This document shows positions 9,350-19,027 of a stretch of 60,828 bases of DNA, one piece after another. Position 1 is the stretch's first letter. Every line of letters begins with the position of its first letter. The DNA lies in IMG/VR virus record IMGVR_UViG_3300031707_002291, positions 1-60,828 of that record. One strand, given 5' to 3'. Source of the stretch: a virus (taxonomy: Duplodnaviria > Caudoviricetes). The notes under the pieces are model-generated. The model was not told the origin of the DNA. It did no database searches and saw only the letters and a program-made list of their open reading frames with translations. A program made the position numbers and the translations under genes.

Positions 9350-10146
9350 ACGAGGCCACGGAATACTGCTTCCAGCTAGCCTCTGAATACTGGCCCGGCC
9401 TACCCCGCGAGGAGTTCGACGCCTGTAGCGCCGTGGGCGCCGAGGCCGCCGTATTGCTGGAGGCCGAATGGCAAGACGTGACCGGCCCGGACTTCGACTG
9501 GCAGGACATGAGCGCGGCCGCCCAGATACCGCCAGCCGCGGTCCGCGCCTTCTACGAGCGCTGCTTCGGCCTAATCTTCGAGCTAATGCGCGGGATCGGC
9601 CCACCTGACGAGATGTGGGCTGGCGACCATCGGGCCAACATCGTCCATCAGTACATGACACACCTTACGGCCCATGGTCCGGTCCTCGACTATGGCGGAG
9701 GGATCGGCCAGCAGTCGATGTTCCTGGCGGCTCGGGGCTGGACGGTGGGATTTGCCGACCTAGGCGAGACCGCCGCCTTCGCCAGGTGGCGGTTCGAGCG
9801 GGCCAACCTACTAGCCTTGCCCGACGGCTGGCGCGGCGGTACAATCCGGGCCTTCCCGCCCAGCGTAGCCCTGAGACATCAGGGCTGGGGCAGTCTACTA
9901 GCCCTTGACGTGGTCGAGCATATCCCTGACCCCATCGGTCTACTTCGGCGCTTCGACTCCTGCCTAGCGCCTGATGGCGTCCTATACCTGACGCGTCATA
10001 GCTTTCGGCCCTACCCAACTCATCTACCCGAGAGCGCGCCGCTCATGGAGACCCTAGACGACGTGCTAGCCAGCATGGGATACCGGCGCGCCATCGAACC
10101 TGACGGCCATTTCGGAATCGGTGCCTGGCGGAAGGTGGCGGCATGA
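9343..10146 (+). CDS. Class I SAM-dependent methyltransferase
   Basis: VLDYGGGIG; LDVVEHIPDP; L.PDG.LYL. Confidence 0.85.
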   Translation: MVDEATEYCFQLASEYWPGLPREEFDACSAVGAEAAVLLEAEWQDVTGPDFDWQDMSAAAQIPPAAVRAFYERCFGLIFELMRGIGPPDEMWAGDHRANIVHQYMTHLTAHGPVLDYGGGIGQQSMFLAARGWTVGFADLGETAAFARWRFERANLLALPDGWRGGTIRAFPPSVALRHQGWGSLLALDVVEHIPDPIGLLRRFDSCLAPDGVLYLTRHSFRPYPTHLPESAPLMETLDDVLASMGYRRAIEPDGHFGIGAWRKVAA

Positions 10147-10394
10147 GGCTAGGTAAAGGTCATCGCACAACCCTCGTCCAGATGGGGCTCGATCCAGACA
10201 AGCCTACCGTCAGGCAGTATGGCCGCGCCCCCGTTGATCATTCGGTACCCGATAGCGCCCTAGTAACCTTCTTTACCTTCGTCGATACGGGGATACGACC
10301 AAATAGGCCATGGACAGACATCGAGGGAGAGCTATTGGCCCTTTTCAAGATTATTGCAGTCAATAACGGAATGAAGCGATCCGATGCGCTCTGA
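10143..10394 (+). CDS. Hypothetical protein
   Basis: 83 aa; translationally coupled (ATGA overlap). Confidence 0.55.
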   Translation: MRLGKGHRTTLVQMGLDPDKPTVRQYGRAPVDHSVPDSALVTFFTFVDTGIRPNRPWTDIEGELLALFKIIAVNNGMKRSDAL

Positions 10395-10902
10395 GGTCAT
10401 GAACTGGATGCGCCAGGCCGTGCGGCGCTATAATCCCGACCCTCCGGTCCTCGAGGTCGGGGCCTACAACGAGAACGGCACGGCCCGCTCGCTGTTTCCC
10501 CAGCCTGGCTACCTGGGCATAGACGTCCGCCCTGGGCCAGGCGTCGACATGGTGGCCGATATCCTGGGGCCAACGGAATTCGCCGGCTACGGTACGGCCT
10601 ACGCCTGCGAGACCTTGGAGCATGTGCTGGAGCCTTGGGTAGCGATCGAGCGGATGTTTGCTGCCCTTCGGCCCGGCGGCCTATTCCTGGCGACCTGGTG
10701 TTTCAGCTTCCCGATCCACGCCGCGCCCCGCGACTTCTACCGCGTCACGCCCTACGGCCTCCACTACCTCCTGAGCCGCGCCGGCTTCGTGGAGATCGCG
10801 GTCGATACCGCCGGCACGAATCGCCCCGCCGGCCGGCCGCCCGCGGAGGAGGACTGGCAGTGGCCCGACATGGTGGCGGCGGCCGCTCGGAGGCCGGTAT
10901 GA
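10384..10902 (+). CDS. Class I SAM-dependent methyltransferase (type 11-like)
   Basis: VLEVGA...NG; YLGIDVRPGPGVD; ETLEHV..PW; LRPGG; PIH..P.DFYR. Confidence 0.85.
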   Translation: MRSEVMNWMRQAVRRYNPDPPVLEVGAYNENGTARSLFPQPGYLGIDVRPGPGVDMVADILGPTEFAGYGTAYACETLEHVLEPWVAIERMFAALRPGGLFLATWCFSFPIHAAPRDFYRVTPYGLHYLLSRAGFVEIAVDTAGTNRPAGRPPAEEDWQWPDMVAAAARRPV

Positions 10903-11462
10903 CGTGGGAGCAGATGCAGCGCGGCGAGCTGGAGTGGTGGCGAGCCTTCCTGGCCCGGCCCCACGCGCTGGAGCGCCTGTTCGCCCTCTACGGCTATCGC
11001 TACCTGGACTTCTTCTTCAAGGAGTTCAACGACCTCGGCAACGTGATCGACTTCGGCTCGGGGCCGGTATCGGCCGCTTGGATAGCCGACCGGCCGCCAG
11101 AGGAAGTGACCTGCATCGACCCACTGTTCACGGCCTACCGTAAGGTTGGGTTAGTCTATGGTAGGGCCAGGGAACCCGCAGGTACGATTCCGGCCGAGTT
11201 TGACACAGCCCTGGTCCTGAATGTCCTAGACCACGCCGACGATCCAGTCCCCATACTGATAACCGTAGCGGGAACGCTTAAGCCGGGCGGCAAAGCGCTT
11301 GTGTGGGTTCACGTGGAGCAGCCAGCGGACGCCTTGCACCGCCTCATCACGGCAGGCGATGTTCGAGGCTGGCTGAAGTTGGTGGGTCTGACAATCACGC
11401 GAAGCAACATCCGGCGCGGCCTCGGTCCGGCGCAGTTCATGGCTGTGGCGGAGCGGCAGTAA
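10899..11462 (+). CDS. Class I SAM-dependent methyltransferase
   Basis: VIDFGSGP; IDPL; NVLDH..DP; LKPGG. Confidence 0.82.
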   Translation: MTWEQMQRGELEWWRAFLARPHALERLFALYGYRYLDFFFKEFNDLGNVIDFGSGPVSAAWIADRPPEEVTCIDPLFTAYRKVGLVYGRAREPAGTIPAEFDTALVLNVLDHADDPVPILITVAGTLKPGGKALVWVHVEQPADALHRLITAGDVRGWLKLVGLTITRSNIRRGLGPAQFMAVAERQ

Positions 11463-11995
11463 TGAGCAACCTACCGGCGCCGGCGTGGCTCGAGCTAGGT
11501 TGTGGCCTGAACAAAGCGGAGGGCTACTTCGGCGTAGACCGCGCCGGGCTGGTCGGCGTTGACCTGGTACATGACCTGGAGATCCACCCCTGGCCCATCA
11601 GCGCCGGCTGTGCCGAGCGGGTCGCCTGCTATCAGACCCTCGAGCATATCCGCGACATGCTGGCCTTCATGGCCGACCTCTGGCGGGTCTGCTCCGCAGA
11701 GCCGCAGGCCTGGGTCGAGATCACGGTGCCGTACCACGCGGCGCCGACGGCATGGGGCGACCCCACGCATGTCCGCGCCTTCACCGAGGACACCTTTCGG
11801 TACTTCGAGCCCGGCTACGTCGAGCGCTTCAGCGACTATGGCATCGCGCCCCACCACTTCCACATCGTTGACCTGGCGTTTCGGCTGGCCGGCAACCTGT
11901 GGGTCCTCCTCCGGCCGCTCAAGACCGAGGCCCAGCTAGCCGCCCATGAGGAGGAGCGCTGGTGGCGCGATCGGAGGGCGGCGATGGTCGGCTAG
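11462..11995 (+). CDS. Class I SAM-dependent methyltransferase (type 11-like)
   Basis: LELGCG..K..GY.GVD; VDLVHDLE..PWP; LEHI; AWGDPTHVR. Confidence 0.85.
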   Translation: MSNLPAPAWLELGCGLNKAEGYFGVDRAGLVGVDLVHDLEIHPWPISAGCAERVACYQTLEHIRDMLAFMADLWRVCSAEPQAWVEITVPYHAAPTAWGDPTHVRAFTEDTFRYFEPGYVERFSDYGIAPHHFHIVDLAFRLAGNLWVLLRPLKTEAQLAAHEEERWWRDRRAAMVG

Positions 11996-12053
11996 AAGGC
12001 TTGGAATTTGGCCCATGTTTAGAATCTGACGTTTTTGTCGCAAGGGGTGATGT

Positions 12054-12863
12054 ATGGGGCCTACTGCCAGCATTGTGGTCCTGACGATGAACCGCCGACA
12101 GGCCCTAGAGGACTGCCTGGCGGCCATCGTGGAGAAGACTACCACGCCCTATGAACTACTTGTGGTCGACAATGGCAGCACCGATGGTACGGTAGCCTGG
12201 CTAGAGGCCGCAATCCCGCGCGGGATCAACACCTACGCCCCCTGGCGGACGTTCTGCATGAGCGAAAACTGCGGCGTTTGTGCCCGAAATGTTGCCCTGG
12301 ACGCGGCCGCCGGCGCCTTCATCCTTCAGGTAGACGACGATGTGGTCGTGGGGCCCGGCTGGGATATCGCTCTGCTGAAGCCTCTGCTGGCGGACCCCGC
12401 CGTCGGGGCCGTCGGCCAGCAGGGATTCTGGCTTAACTGGCCAGGCCTCCAGCATCCGGGCCGGACGCTATTCCTAGACCAGCGCCTACCCCAAGCCGGC
12501 GACTTCTGCGACCTGGTGATGGGCTACTGCTGGGCCTGGCGGAATGACCGCCTGCCGGCTACCCTGAGTCAGCATACCGAGGGCACCCCGACGGTCCCGC
12601 GCTTCCGGTATGACGAACGCTTCAATCCACACTGGCACGAGGAAACCGACCTCCAGCTCCAGATCAAGGCCGCCGGCTACCGTATCCGGTGCGGGCCGGT
12701 CGTGAGCCAACACCGTAGCATGAAGTCCTGGCACGCCGCCCACAACGGCGACCCGATGGTCGGGCTCCAGCACGCCGTCGCGCACGAGCACCTGCTAGTC
12801 CAGAAATGGGGCGGGCGGCGCCAGGACCTAGGATTAGAGTTAGACAGGAGGGGATTGCAGTGA
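12054..12863 (+). CDS. Glycosyltransferase family 2
   Basis: SIVVLT.NR; VVDNGSTDGT; ARN; VDDD; EETDL. Confidence 0.9.
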   Translation: MGPTASIVVLTMNRRQALEDCLAAIVEKTTTPYELLVVDNGSTDGTVAWLEAAIPRGINTYAPWRTFCMSENCGVCARNVALDAAAGAFILQVDDDVVVGPGWDIALLKPLLADPAVGAVGQQGFWLNWPGLQHPGRTLFLDQRLPQAGDFCDLVMGYCWAWRNDRLPATLSQHTEGTPTVPRFRYDERFNPHWHEETDLQLQIKAAGYRIRCGPVVSQHRSMKSWHAAHNGDPMVGLQHAVAHEHLLVQKWGGRRQDLGLELDRRGLQ

Positions 12864-13162
12864 GTGGCATGAAGCGGATGTCTGTCGAGGACTTTCAACG
12901 CCTGGGCTATTTGCAGGAGGTGAACCGCCAGTTTCTTCACCCACTTGGCCTGGCCCTGGAGGTCACCACTGGCGGCGGCGAGCCAAGCCGCCTAAGTGGC
13001 ATCTGGGACTGCCGAGACGAGCCCGATGGCTTGATTTTCGAGGAATCCGAACTCGGCGAAGCGGAGCGCACCCTCGCTAACCGCATAGAGGAGGAGGGCA
13101 AGGTCAAGGCCACTCACCGTCTGGCTTCCCTGGGCTACATCGTGCAGCCCATCGGCCAGTGA
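12860..13162 (+). CDS. Conserved phage hypothetical protein
   Basis: F..LGYLQEVNRQFLHPLGLALEV pattern; coupled start. Confidence 0.65.
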   Translation: MSGMKRMSVEDFQRLGYLQEVNRQFLHPLGLALEVTTGGGEPSRLSGIWDCRDEPDGLIFEESELGEAERTLANRIEEEGKVKATHRLASLGYIVQPIGQ

Positions 13163-13750
13163 GCCTCTTTCTGCGGCGCGCCTGGCACATCATCGCCGGC
13201 CACGGCAAGTCGTTTGAGATGGGCATTTTCTACTCCAGGTGCCGGCGCTGCCGTCGCGCCTGGGCGACGACCAGCTCGGGCGCGCTCTCCGGCCTGGCCG
13301 GCGAAGCGGCGCGCATTGTTCTGGACGAGGTGAAGTGAGTAAGCATTTGGCGCGGAAGTGCTCATAATATGCGCAGTTTTGAGCCGTCCGACTACCGGCC
13401 GCGCGTCCTGTTCACCCAGGTGCCCGGCGGCTATCCACCAGCGATGGCCTGGGCGCGACGCCAGCAGGGACGAGGCCGCCGCGATCGGGCATGGGGCGGC
13501 CGGCTACGGCGGGCGCATCTGGACGTGCTAGCGGCCCGCCGGCGCGCCGCGGACGAGCGGCTGAACGCCTTAGGCCGGCTCGCCATGGTGGGCGAGAGGC
13601 TCGGCTTATTGTCCACGTCCGGCGACAAACCGCGCGACATTCCGGGTGCCGGCCCACATCTACGGTAGATTCGCGCGGCCGCGACATTGGGCGCGACAAT
13701 AGAAGGGGAACCGTCCCAATCCTGAAGGAACTGGACAGGAGGGATCTACA

Positions 13751-13987
13751 GTGAAAATGGTCTTGGATAACGGCCGGGGCACGGTCACCATCAGCCTTGA
13801 GGACGGCGATTTCCTGGGCGACTACCAATACTATCGAGGACCTACCATCGAGGAGACCTTCCCTGTGACCGACCTAGGGGGCCGTCTGTGGGCAGACTAC
13901 CAATTGGTTAGATTTGCCTGGGAGCATTTCGCGGGCCGACAAGGGACTCATAGTTTCGCTGGCACCGTAATCCAGAAGGAAGAATGA
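13751..13987 (+). CDS. Hypothetical protein
   Basis: 78 aa; SD AGGAGG. Confidence 0.55.
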   Translation: MKMVLDNGRGTVTISLEDGDFLGDYQYYRGPTIEETFPVTDLGGRLWADYQLVRFAWEHFAGRQGTHSFAGTVIQKEE

Positions 13988-13988
13988 C

Positions 13989-15251
13989 GTGAAGGTAGTA
14001 GTGATCAGCGAGTTCAACCTAGCCGTGGGGTCCGGCTACACGACGATCGCGCGCGCCATCGGCGCCGGCCTGGGCGAGCGCGGGCATGACGTGAAGGTCC
14101 TGGGCATCGACTACAACGGCTGCGAGCACCGCCTACCGATCACGGTCCTAGGCGCTGACGAGCGTTTCCTAATCCCCCACCTACGGCAGCTCGACCTGGC
14201 GTGGGGCATCGAGGCCGTGGTCGTGACCCACGACATTACCAAGCATCTACAGTTTCGCGCCATCATGGACGCCTACCCGTACGTCGGCATCTTCCCGCTG
14301 GAGAGTGACCCGCTCATGCACCCCAGCGAGTGGACGCGCACCATCGACGGCATGGGCGCCGCCCTGGCCGAGACCGAGTGGGCGACCCAGCTCTGTGCCG
14401 ATGTCGGCCTGACGGTCCGCCACATCCCGATCGGCGTCGACAGCGAGTTCTGGCACCCGCCGGCGCCGGCGGACCGCGACGCCATCCGCGCCAGGCTAGG
14501 CGTGGCCGACCGCTACGTGCTCCTGACCGTCTCGGATAACCACGAGCGCAAGAACCTGCCGGCCGTCTTCGCGACGGCGGCCCTCCTCCAGGGCCGCGAC
14601 ATCGAATGGCCCGCTGGTAGTGGCCATCGAATCTCCATGCCGGTTAACCCTGGAGAGGGCTATTTCCTGATCGTCAACACTAAGCGCCGGCCGGAGTCGG
14701 TCGGCTACTCGCTCTGGGATCTGGCCAGCACGTTCCAGCTCCAGAATGACACCACGTTCTATCAGCATGAGCGGTACGGCGGCCTGAGCGACGCGGAGCT
14801 GCGGAACCTGTATTGGGCGGGCGATTGCTTTGTCCTGCTCTCGAAGGCGGAGGGGCTCGGGCTGCCGGTAATGGAGGCGATGGCCTGCGGCTTGCCGTGC
14901 GTCTGCACCGACGCCGGCGGCATGGCGGAGAACCTGGCCGATGGCCGCGGCTGGCTAGTGCCGGCCGAGTATAGCCACATAGACCCGTTCTGTAACCAGA
15001 TCCGGCGGTACGCCGACCCCTACGAGGCCGCCAAGGCGATCGCCGACTTACGGGCGCGTGACGATGATCGCGCCGGGCGGGTCGTGGCCGCCCTGGAGTG
15101 GGCGCGGGGCCGGACGTGGGGTAAGGCTCTGGACGTGCTAGAGGAGGCGCTTGATGGACTCGTCAAAGCGAAGACAGAACAGGCGGGGGCGGCCCCACCA
15201 GCGGCCGCCTACGCCGGCGCTCTCGCCGGCGGCAATCCCGCTTCGCGGTAG
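13989..15251 (+). CDS. Glycosyltransferase family 4
   Basis: SGY, IPIGVD...W.P, N.ERKN, FVL.SKAEGLGLPVMEAMACGLP. Confidence 0.9.
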   Translation: MKVVVISEFNLAVGSGYTTIARAIGAGLGERGHDVKVLGIDYNGCEHRLPITVLGADERFLIPHLRQLDLAWGIEAVVVTHDITKHLQFRAIMDAYPYVGIFPLESDPLMHPSEWTRTIDGMGAALAETEWATQLCADVGLTVRHIPIGVDSEFWHPPAPADRDAIRARLGVADRYVLLTVSDNHERKNLPAVFATAALLQGRDIEWPAGSGHRISMPVNPGEGYFLIVNTKRRPESVGYSLWDLASTFQLQNDTTFYQHERYGGLSDAELRNLYWAGDCFVLLSKAEGLGLPVMEAMACGLPCVCTDAGGMAENLADGRGWLVPAEYSHIDPFCNQIRRYADPYEAAKAIADLRARDDDRAGRVVAALEWARGRTWGKALDVLEEALDGLVKAKTEQAGAAPPAAAYAGALAGGNPASR

Positions 15252-16038
15252 CGTCGACGCCGTCGTTTCGGCGCGCCATGAGGTCGGGCGCCTACCGGCC
15301 TGCCTGGCGGCGCTAAGGGCGTACCTACCGGCCGACGCCACCATCACGGTCGCCGACAGCCCGCCGGGCCGGCCGGCCGAGGCCAATGCCGGCGAGCGCC
15401 ATACCCAGATCGCTCGCATGGCGCGAGAGGTCAACGGCCGCACCGTAGTCAACGGCCATGGTCAGTGGGAGTGCCGTAACAGGGCGGCCGCCCAGGGCTT
15501 CGCCCCTTTCATCCTTTTCCTTGACGGCGATGTGGTCCTGACGCCCGACGCCTGGCCGACGCTTCTGGGCGCCATGGCCCACGAGGAGGTCGGGATCGCG
15601 ACGGGCCTGCTACTGTGGGATGAAGGCCTGGCGCCCCGCGAGATGCCCCTGGCATCCTGCATCAAGTTCGCCGGGTACGCCTTCGGCCTCCGGCGCCTGC
15701 CCTATGCGCGCTTCGTGGGCTGGCTGCCCGACAACCCCAAGGTCTACCCCTGCTCGGACCTCCAGGCCGTCAGCGCCGCCTTAATGCTGACGCGCCGGCC
15801 GCTCTGGCGCTCGCTCGAGGGGTTCGCTACCGACTACGGCAGCCGCCCCCTGGCCGATGTAGACTTCTGTGTGCGGGCCCGGAGCCAGGGGCCGGTAATC
15901 GCCTTCGAGCCGGCGGCCCTGGCGCTAGCCGGCCTGGAGCCACTAGCGGACGACATGATCCTCTTACAGCAGGGCGGCGCCATCCTAGACGCCCGGCTCG
16001 GGCCACACCGGCAGTATGATGAGTTTAACCTGCTGTGA
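15151..16038 (+). CDS. Glycosyltransferase family 2
   Basis: RN..A, ILFLDGD, AVSAALMLTRR.LW...GF, DVDFC.R motifs; start uncertain. Confidence 0.8.
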   Translation: MMDSSKRRQNRRGRPHQRPPTPALSPAAIPLRGSVDAVVSARHEVGRLPACLAALRAYLPADATITVADSPPGRPAEANAGERHTQIARMAREVNGRTVVNGHGQWECRNRAAAQGFAPFILFLDGDVVLTPDAWPTLLGAMAHEEVGIATGLLLWDEGLAPREMPLASCIKFAGYAFGLRRLPYARFVGWLPDNPKVYPCSDLQAVSAALMLTRRPLWRSLEGFATDYGSRPLADVDFCVRARSQGPVIAFEPAALALAGLEPLADDMILLQQGGAILDARLGPHRQYDEFNLL

Positions 16039-16047
16039 TGCTATAAT
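16039..16047 (+). promoter_or_regulatory. Extended -10 promoter (leaderless)
   Basis: TGcTATAAT, 6 nt before ATG 16054. Confidence 0.65.
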
Positions 16048-16053
16048 GGTGGC

Positions 16054-16566
16054 ATGCTATCCGCGCCCGAAATCTGGCTTGCCGTCGTCGGCTACGAAGG
16101 TCTCTACGAGGTCTCTGATCTTGGCCGGGTCCGACGAGTCAAGGCTGGCCACCACACGCGCCCCGGCCTCGTGCTAGCCGCCCGCGCAAATAATACGGGC
16201 CGGCTGTATGTGAACCTCTACGGGTCCGCGCGACGTAGGAGCCACACGATTCATCGTCTGGTCGCGCTTAGTTTCTTGGGGCCGGCCCCGCCCAGCCATG
16301 AGGTCAATCACAAGAATGGGGACCATACCGACAACCGGCTTGCCAACCTGGAGTGGATGACGCGGCCCGATAATGGTCGCCACGCTGCCGTTGCCGACCT
16401 GAAGGCATCCGGCGAGCGCCATCCCAACGCTAAACTCCGCAGGGCCGACGTAGAGGCCATAAGGGCGGCGCGCGGCCGTAGGACACAACAAGACCTGGCG
16501 CGCGAGTTTGGCGTAAGCCAGCCCGTCATCTCCAGCATCCAGCGCGGCCAACATTGGAAGCACTAA
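16054..16566 (+). CDS. NUMOD4-HNH homing endonuclease with C-terminal HTH
   Basis: W..VVGYEGLYEVSDLGRVR; IHRLVA..F; VNHKNG..TDNRLANLEW. Confidence 0.9.
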   Translation: MLSAPEIWLAVVGYEGLYEVSDLGRVRRVKAGHHTRPGLVLAARANNTGRLYVNLYGSARRRSHTIHRLVALSFLGPAPPSHEVNHKNGDHTDNRLANLEWMTRPDNGRHAAVADLKASGERHPNAKLRRADVEAIRAARGRRTQQDLAREFGVSQPVISSIQRGQHWKH

Positions 16567-16618
16567 GGTACACCTAGACCTCCTAGCGCATCCCCGTGCA
16601 TCCCAGGGGGCCGTTCAG

Positions 16619-16628
16619 GTCGACCATT
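16619..16628 (+). promoter_or_regulatory. Putative late-promoter motif GTCGACCATT
   Basis: Recurs before six late genes; upstream of SD and ATG 16646. Confidence 0.6.
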
Positions 16629-16645
16629 CTAGCGAGGAGGTCGCC

Positions 16646-17365
16646 ATGCCCCCCCCTGACGCCGGCACTCTGCACGCCCTCCAGGCGGAGATGTACGCCG
16701 TTGGCTTCCCGACCGGAACCGCCGCGGTCGAGGACATGGCCTGGGAAGCCGCTTGGGATGGGGCCGAGACCCTGCTGGGCACCAACCTCCTGACCGGCAC
16801 CGTGGGGCCTGAACGCCACATCTGGCCGCGCGGCTGGGTCGATTGGGATACGCGCTACCGCTATCTCCAGCTCGACAGGACGTACCTCGTGTCGGTCGTG
16901 ACCGCTACGCTGACGCATGACCTGGGCGAGTGTGACTGCGGCACCGACGACGTGAGTGCATGCGTCCTTCCCTACGACCTCCGCCGATCGGTCGTGGAGG
17001 TCCGGCCTGCTGACGCGGGGATCTGCGCCGGGTGCGGCTGTGTCCTATGCGACAAAGAGGCCTGGATTGACGTAACCTACATCGCCGGCGTCTGGAACAC
17101 GCTGGGCGACATCCCCGCCACGGTCAAGCTGGCGATCGCCACGCTGGCCCAGGAGTGGAAGCAGATCATGGCGACCGCCGGCGCCAGCGCCGCGTCGGCC
17201 CTCGTGACACAGTGGTCCTCGATGGACTACTCGGAGACCAAGGGCCTCCAGGTCAAGACGGCGGCCGGCCCATCGCCGGCCGCCAACCTGGCCGCCGGCG
17301 TCTTCCGTAGGTACAAGGTCAACCGGATGGTGGGCCTGCGGGGCCGGCCCAGCATAACCGGCTAG
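16646..17365 (+). CDS. Head-tail adaptor protein, Cys-rich
   Basis: Position; VTY.AG....IPATVKLAI typical of gp6/gp15-type adaptors. Confidence 0.7.
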   Translation: MPPPDAGTLHALQAEMYAVGFPTGTAAVEDMAWEAAWDGAETLLGTNLLTGTVGPERHIWPRGWVDWDTRYRYLQLDRTYLVSVVTATLTHDLGECDCGTDDVSACVLPYDLRRSVVEVRPADAGICAGCGCVLCDKEAWIDVTYIAGVWNTLGDIPATVKLAIATLAQEWKQIMATAGASAASALVTQWSSMDYSETKGLQVKTAAGPSPAANLAAGVFRRYKVNRMVGLRGRPSITG

Positions 17366-17410
17366 CCGGGGGATATCGTTCTAATAGCGTTCTGAAAAAA
17401 GATATCTTTT

Positions 17411-17782
17411 ATGGAGGGGCTGAACGTCACGGTCGACATCTACGAGCGCGCCCACGCCCCCGACGACACCGTGGGCGGCGCGGTCCGCAGCGATTCGCTG
17501 CGATATGCTGCCGTGCCGGCGCGCATCGCCAACGATCGGGTCTCGGCCGACTTCCGGGCCCAGGGTCTGGAGCTACCGCGCACCGTGCGGATCATCCTCT
17601 GGCCCGACTCGGCGCCCGGCGTAGAGGCCGGCGACATCGTGATACCGGCGTCCGGCGCATGGGCCGGCCAGCGCCTACGAGTAACAGGAGTCCAGCGGTC
17701 GAGCGTCCTGCCTGGTGACGCCCGCTCGCACATTCAGCTAACAGCGATCCACACCGACTACGCGGATCGCGAGGAGACCTAA
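17411..17782 (+). CDS. Head-closure protein
   Basis: 123 aa; DD.VGG near N-terminus and GD.V pattern; synteny. Confidence 0.65.
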   Translation: MEGLNVTVDIYERAHAPDDTVGGAVRSDSLRYAAVPARIANDRVSADFRAQGLELPRTVRIILWPDSAPGVEAGDIVIPASGAWAGQRLRVTGVQRSSVLPGDARSHIQLTAIHTDYADREET

Positions 17783-17792
17783 GGAGGGCAAC

Positions 17793-17945
17793 ATGACATC
17801 ACTGGCAACGGTAGTGGCGGCCGTTAACGCGGCCGGCGGCGCCGACCTAGCGGCGTACGAGGCCCTGAGCAAGGCCAACCGCAAGACCGTGACCCAAGAA
17901 GCGCTGGTGTGGATTCAGATCTGGACGGCACTAGCCTACCCGTAG
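17793..17945 (+). CDS. Small hypothetical protein (50 aa, not in ORF track)
   Basis: SD AAGGAGG; MTSLATVVAAVNAAGG...ALAYP. Confidence 0.6.
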   Translation: MTSLATVVAAVNAAGGADLAAYEALSKANRKTVTQEALVWIQIWTALAYP

Positions 17946-17955
17946 GAGGCCGCCG

Positions 17956-18147
17956 ATGCCAGCACCCAATTTCGAGGTGGTCCTGGCCCAGATCAAGGCC
18001 CTGGGTCCAGACCTCGGACCGTATGAGATTCTGGTGCCAGCGGACCGGAGGATAGTAACCTCCGATATTAAGTCAACGGTTCATACGTGGCTAATAGGAA
18101 ATTGGCCGCCAGGACTATCTGTGAGGCAGTATTGGCGGGCACTGTAG
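17956..18147 (+). CDS. Hypothetical protein
   Basis: 63 aa; SD AGGAGG. Confidence 0.55.
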   Translation: MPAPNFEVVLAQIKALGPDLGPYEILVPADRRIVTSDIKSTVHTWLIGNWPPGLSVRQYWRAL

Positions 18148-18542
18148 AGCGTACCCACAAGCTGCGGGATCGGGTCCGCCAGCTGGAGGCCCAGATGCGC
18201 CAGGGTCTGATGCTAGCCGGCAAGGTGGTACAGCAGGCCGGCCAGCTAAAGGCGCCCGAGCTAACCGGCCAAATGACCCGCAGCGTGACGGTGAGCGAGC
18301 CCCGGTACGTCGGCGGGGTGCTCACGGTCTACATCGGGCCGGGGCCGGAGAGCGCGGCCTACGCCAAATTCAGCGAGCTTCCGCGCTACATCGCCATGCG
18401 GCCAGGCCTGGGGCCGATCAGCCGCCGGAAGGGTGCCACCAAGCCGTGGCTGAAGCCGGCGCTGGACACTCACCGCCAACAGGTGGTCGACATCCTGCGT
18501 AGCTCGCTCCGGAAGGGGCTCCAAGACATCGCGAGGGGCTAG
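18132..18542 (+). CDS. HK97 gp10-like neck/tail-completion protein
   Basis: APELTG.M.RS, YA.F.E, KPWLKPAL motifs; start 18132 (TTG) or 18087. Confidence 0.75.
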   Translation: MAGTVERTHKLRDRVRQLEAQMRQGLMLAGKVVQQAGQLKAPELTGQMTRSVTVSEPRYVGGVLTVYIGPGPESAAYAKFSELPRYIAMRPGLGPISRRKGATKPWLKPALDTHRQQVVDILRSSLRKGLQDIARG

Positions 18543-18959
18543 ATGCTATCGCCTACCAAGGTCCAGGCCGCGCTGGTGGCGCTCCTCAAGGCTAACGGCC
18601 TGCTGGTGGCGGGGTTGCCGGCCGCCGACGCTATCAAAGAGGCACAGTGGCGCGGCTCCAAGTTCGACTACCCGGCGGTTCGGGTCGACATCTCCGACAT
18701 GCGGCCCCAGGGGAACGGCGCCTGCGCCAACCGCTGGCTGGCCACGGCCGGCTCGATCCTGGTCTACAGCAAGGGCGATTCATCGGCCGAATGCGAGAAC
18801 GTCCTGGGCCTAGTAGAGAACGCTATCGTGAGGCGGCACCTGTCGGCTGCCGGCTTGACCAGCCTAGAACTCCGCGTCGACCAGGTGGTCTGCCCGTTCC
18901 GCGAGAGCAACCTGTGGCGCGGCGAAATCCTCTTTGCCACTACCGCCATCGAGACCTAG
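18543..18959 (+). CDS. Tail terminator protein
   Basis: 138 aa; YPAV; position before the tail tube gene. Confidence 0.65.
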   Translation: MLSPTKVQAALVALLKANGLLVAGLPAADAIKEAQWRGSKFDYPAVRVDISDMRPQGNGACANRWLATAGSILVYSKGDSSAECENVLGLVENAIVRRHLSAAGLTSLELRVDQVVCPFRESNLWRGEILFATTAIET

Positions 18960-18976
18960 CCGTCCGGCGGTCGCTT

Positions 18977-18986
18977 GTCGACCATT
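18977..18986 (+). promoter_or_regulatory. Putative late-promoter motif GTCGACCATT
   Basis: Intergenic, before the tail tube gene. Confidence 0.6.
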
Positions 18987-19027
18987 AGGGTGATGAACCC
19001 TGACGACAAACCGAGGGAGGTCTACCA

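Noticed and set aside
18987-19020. Hammerhead-like TGATGA/CTGACGA segment before the tail tube gene
   Set aside because: No GAAA core or three-stem arrangement; only a short hairpin
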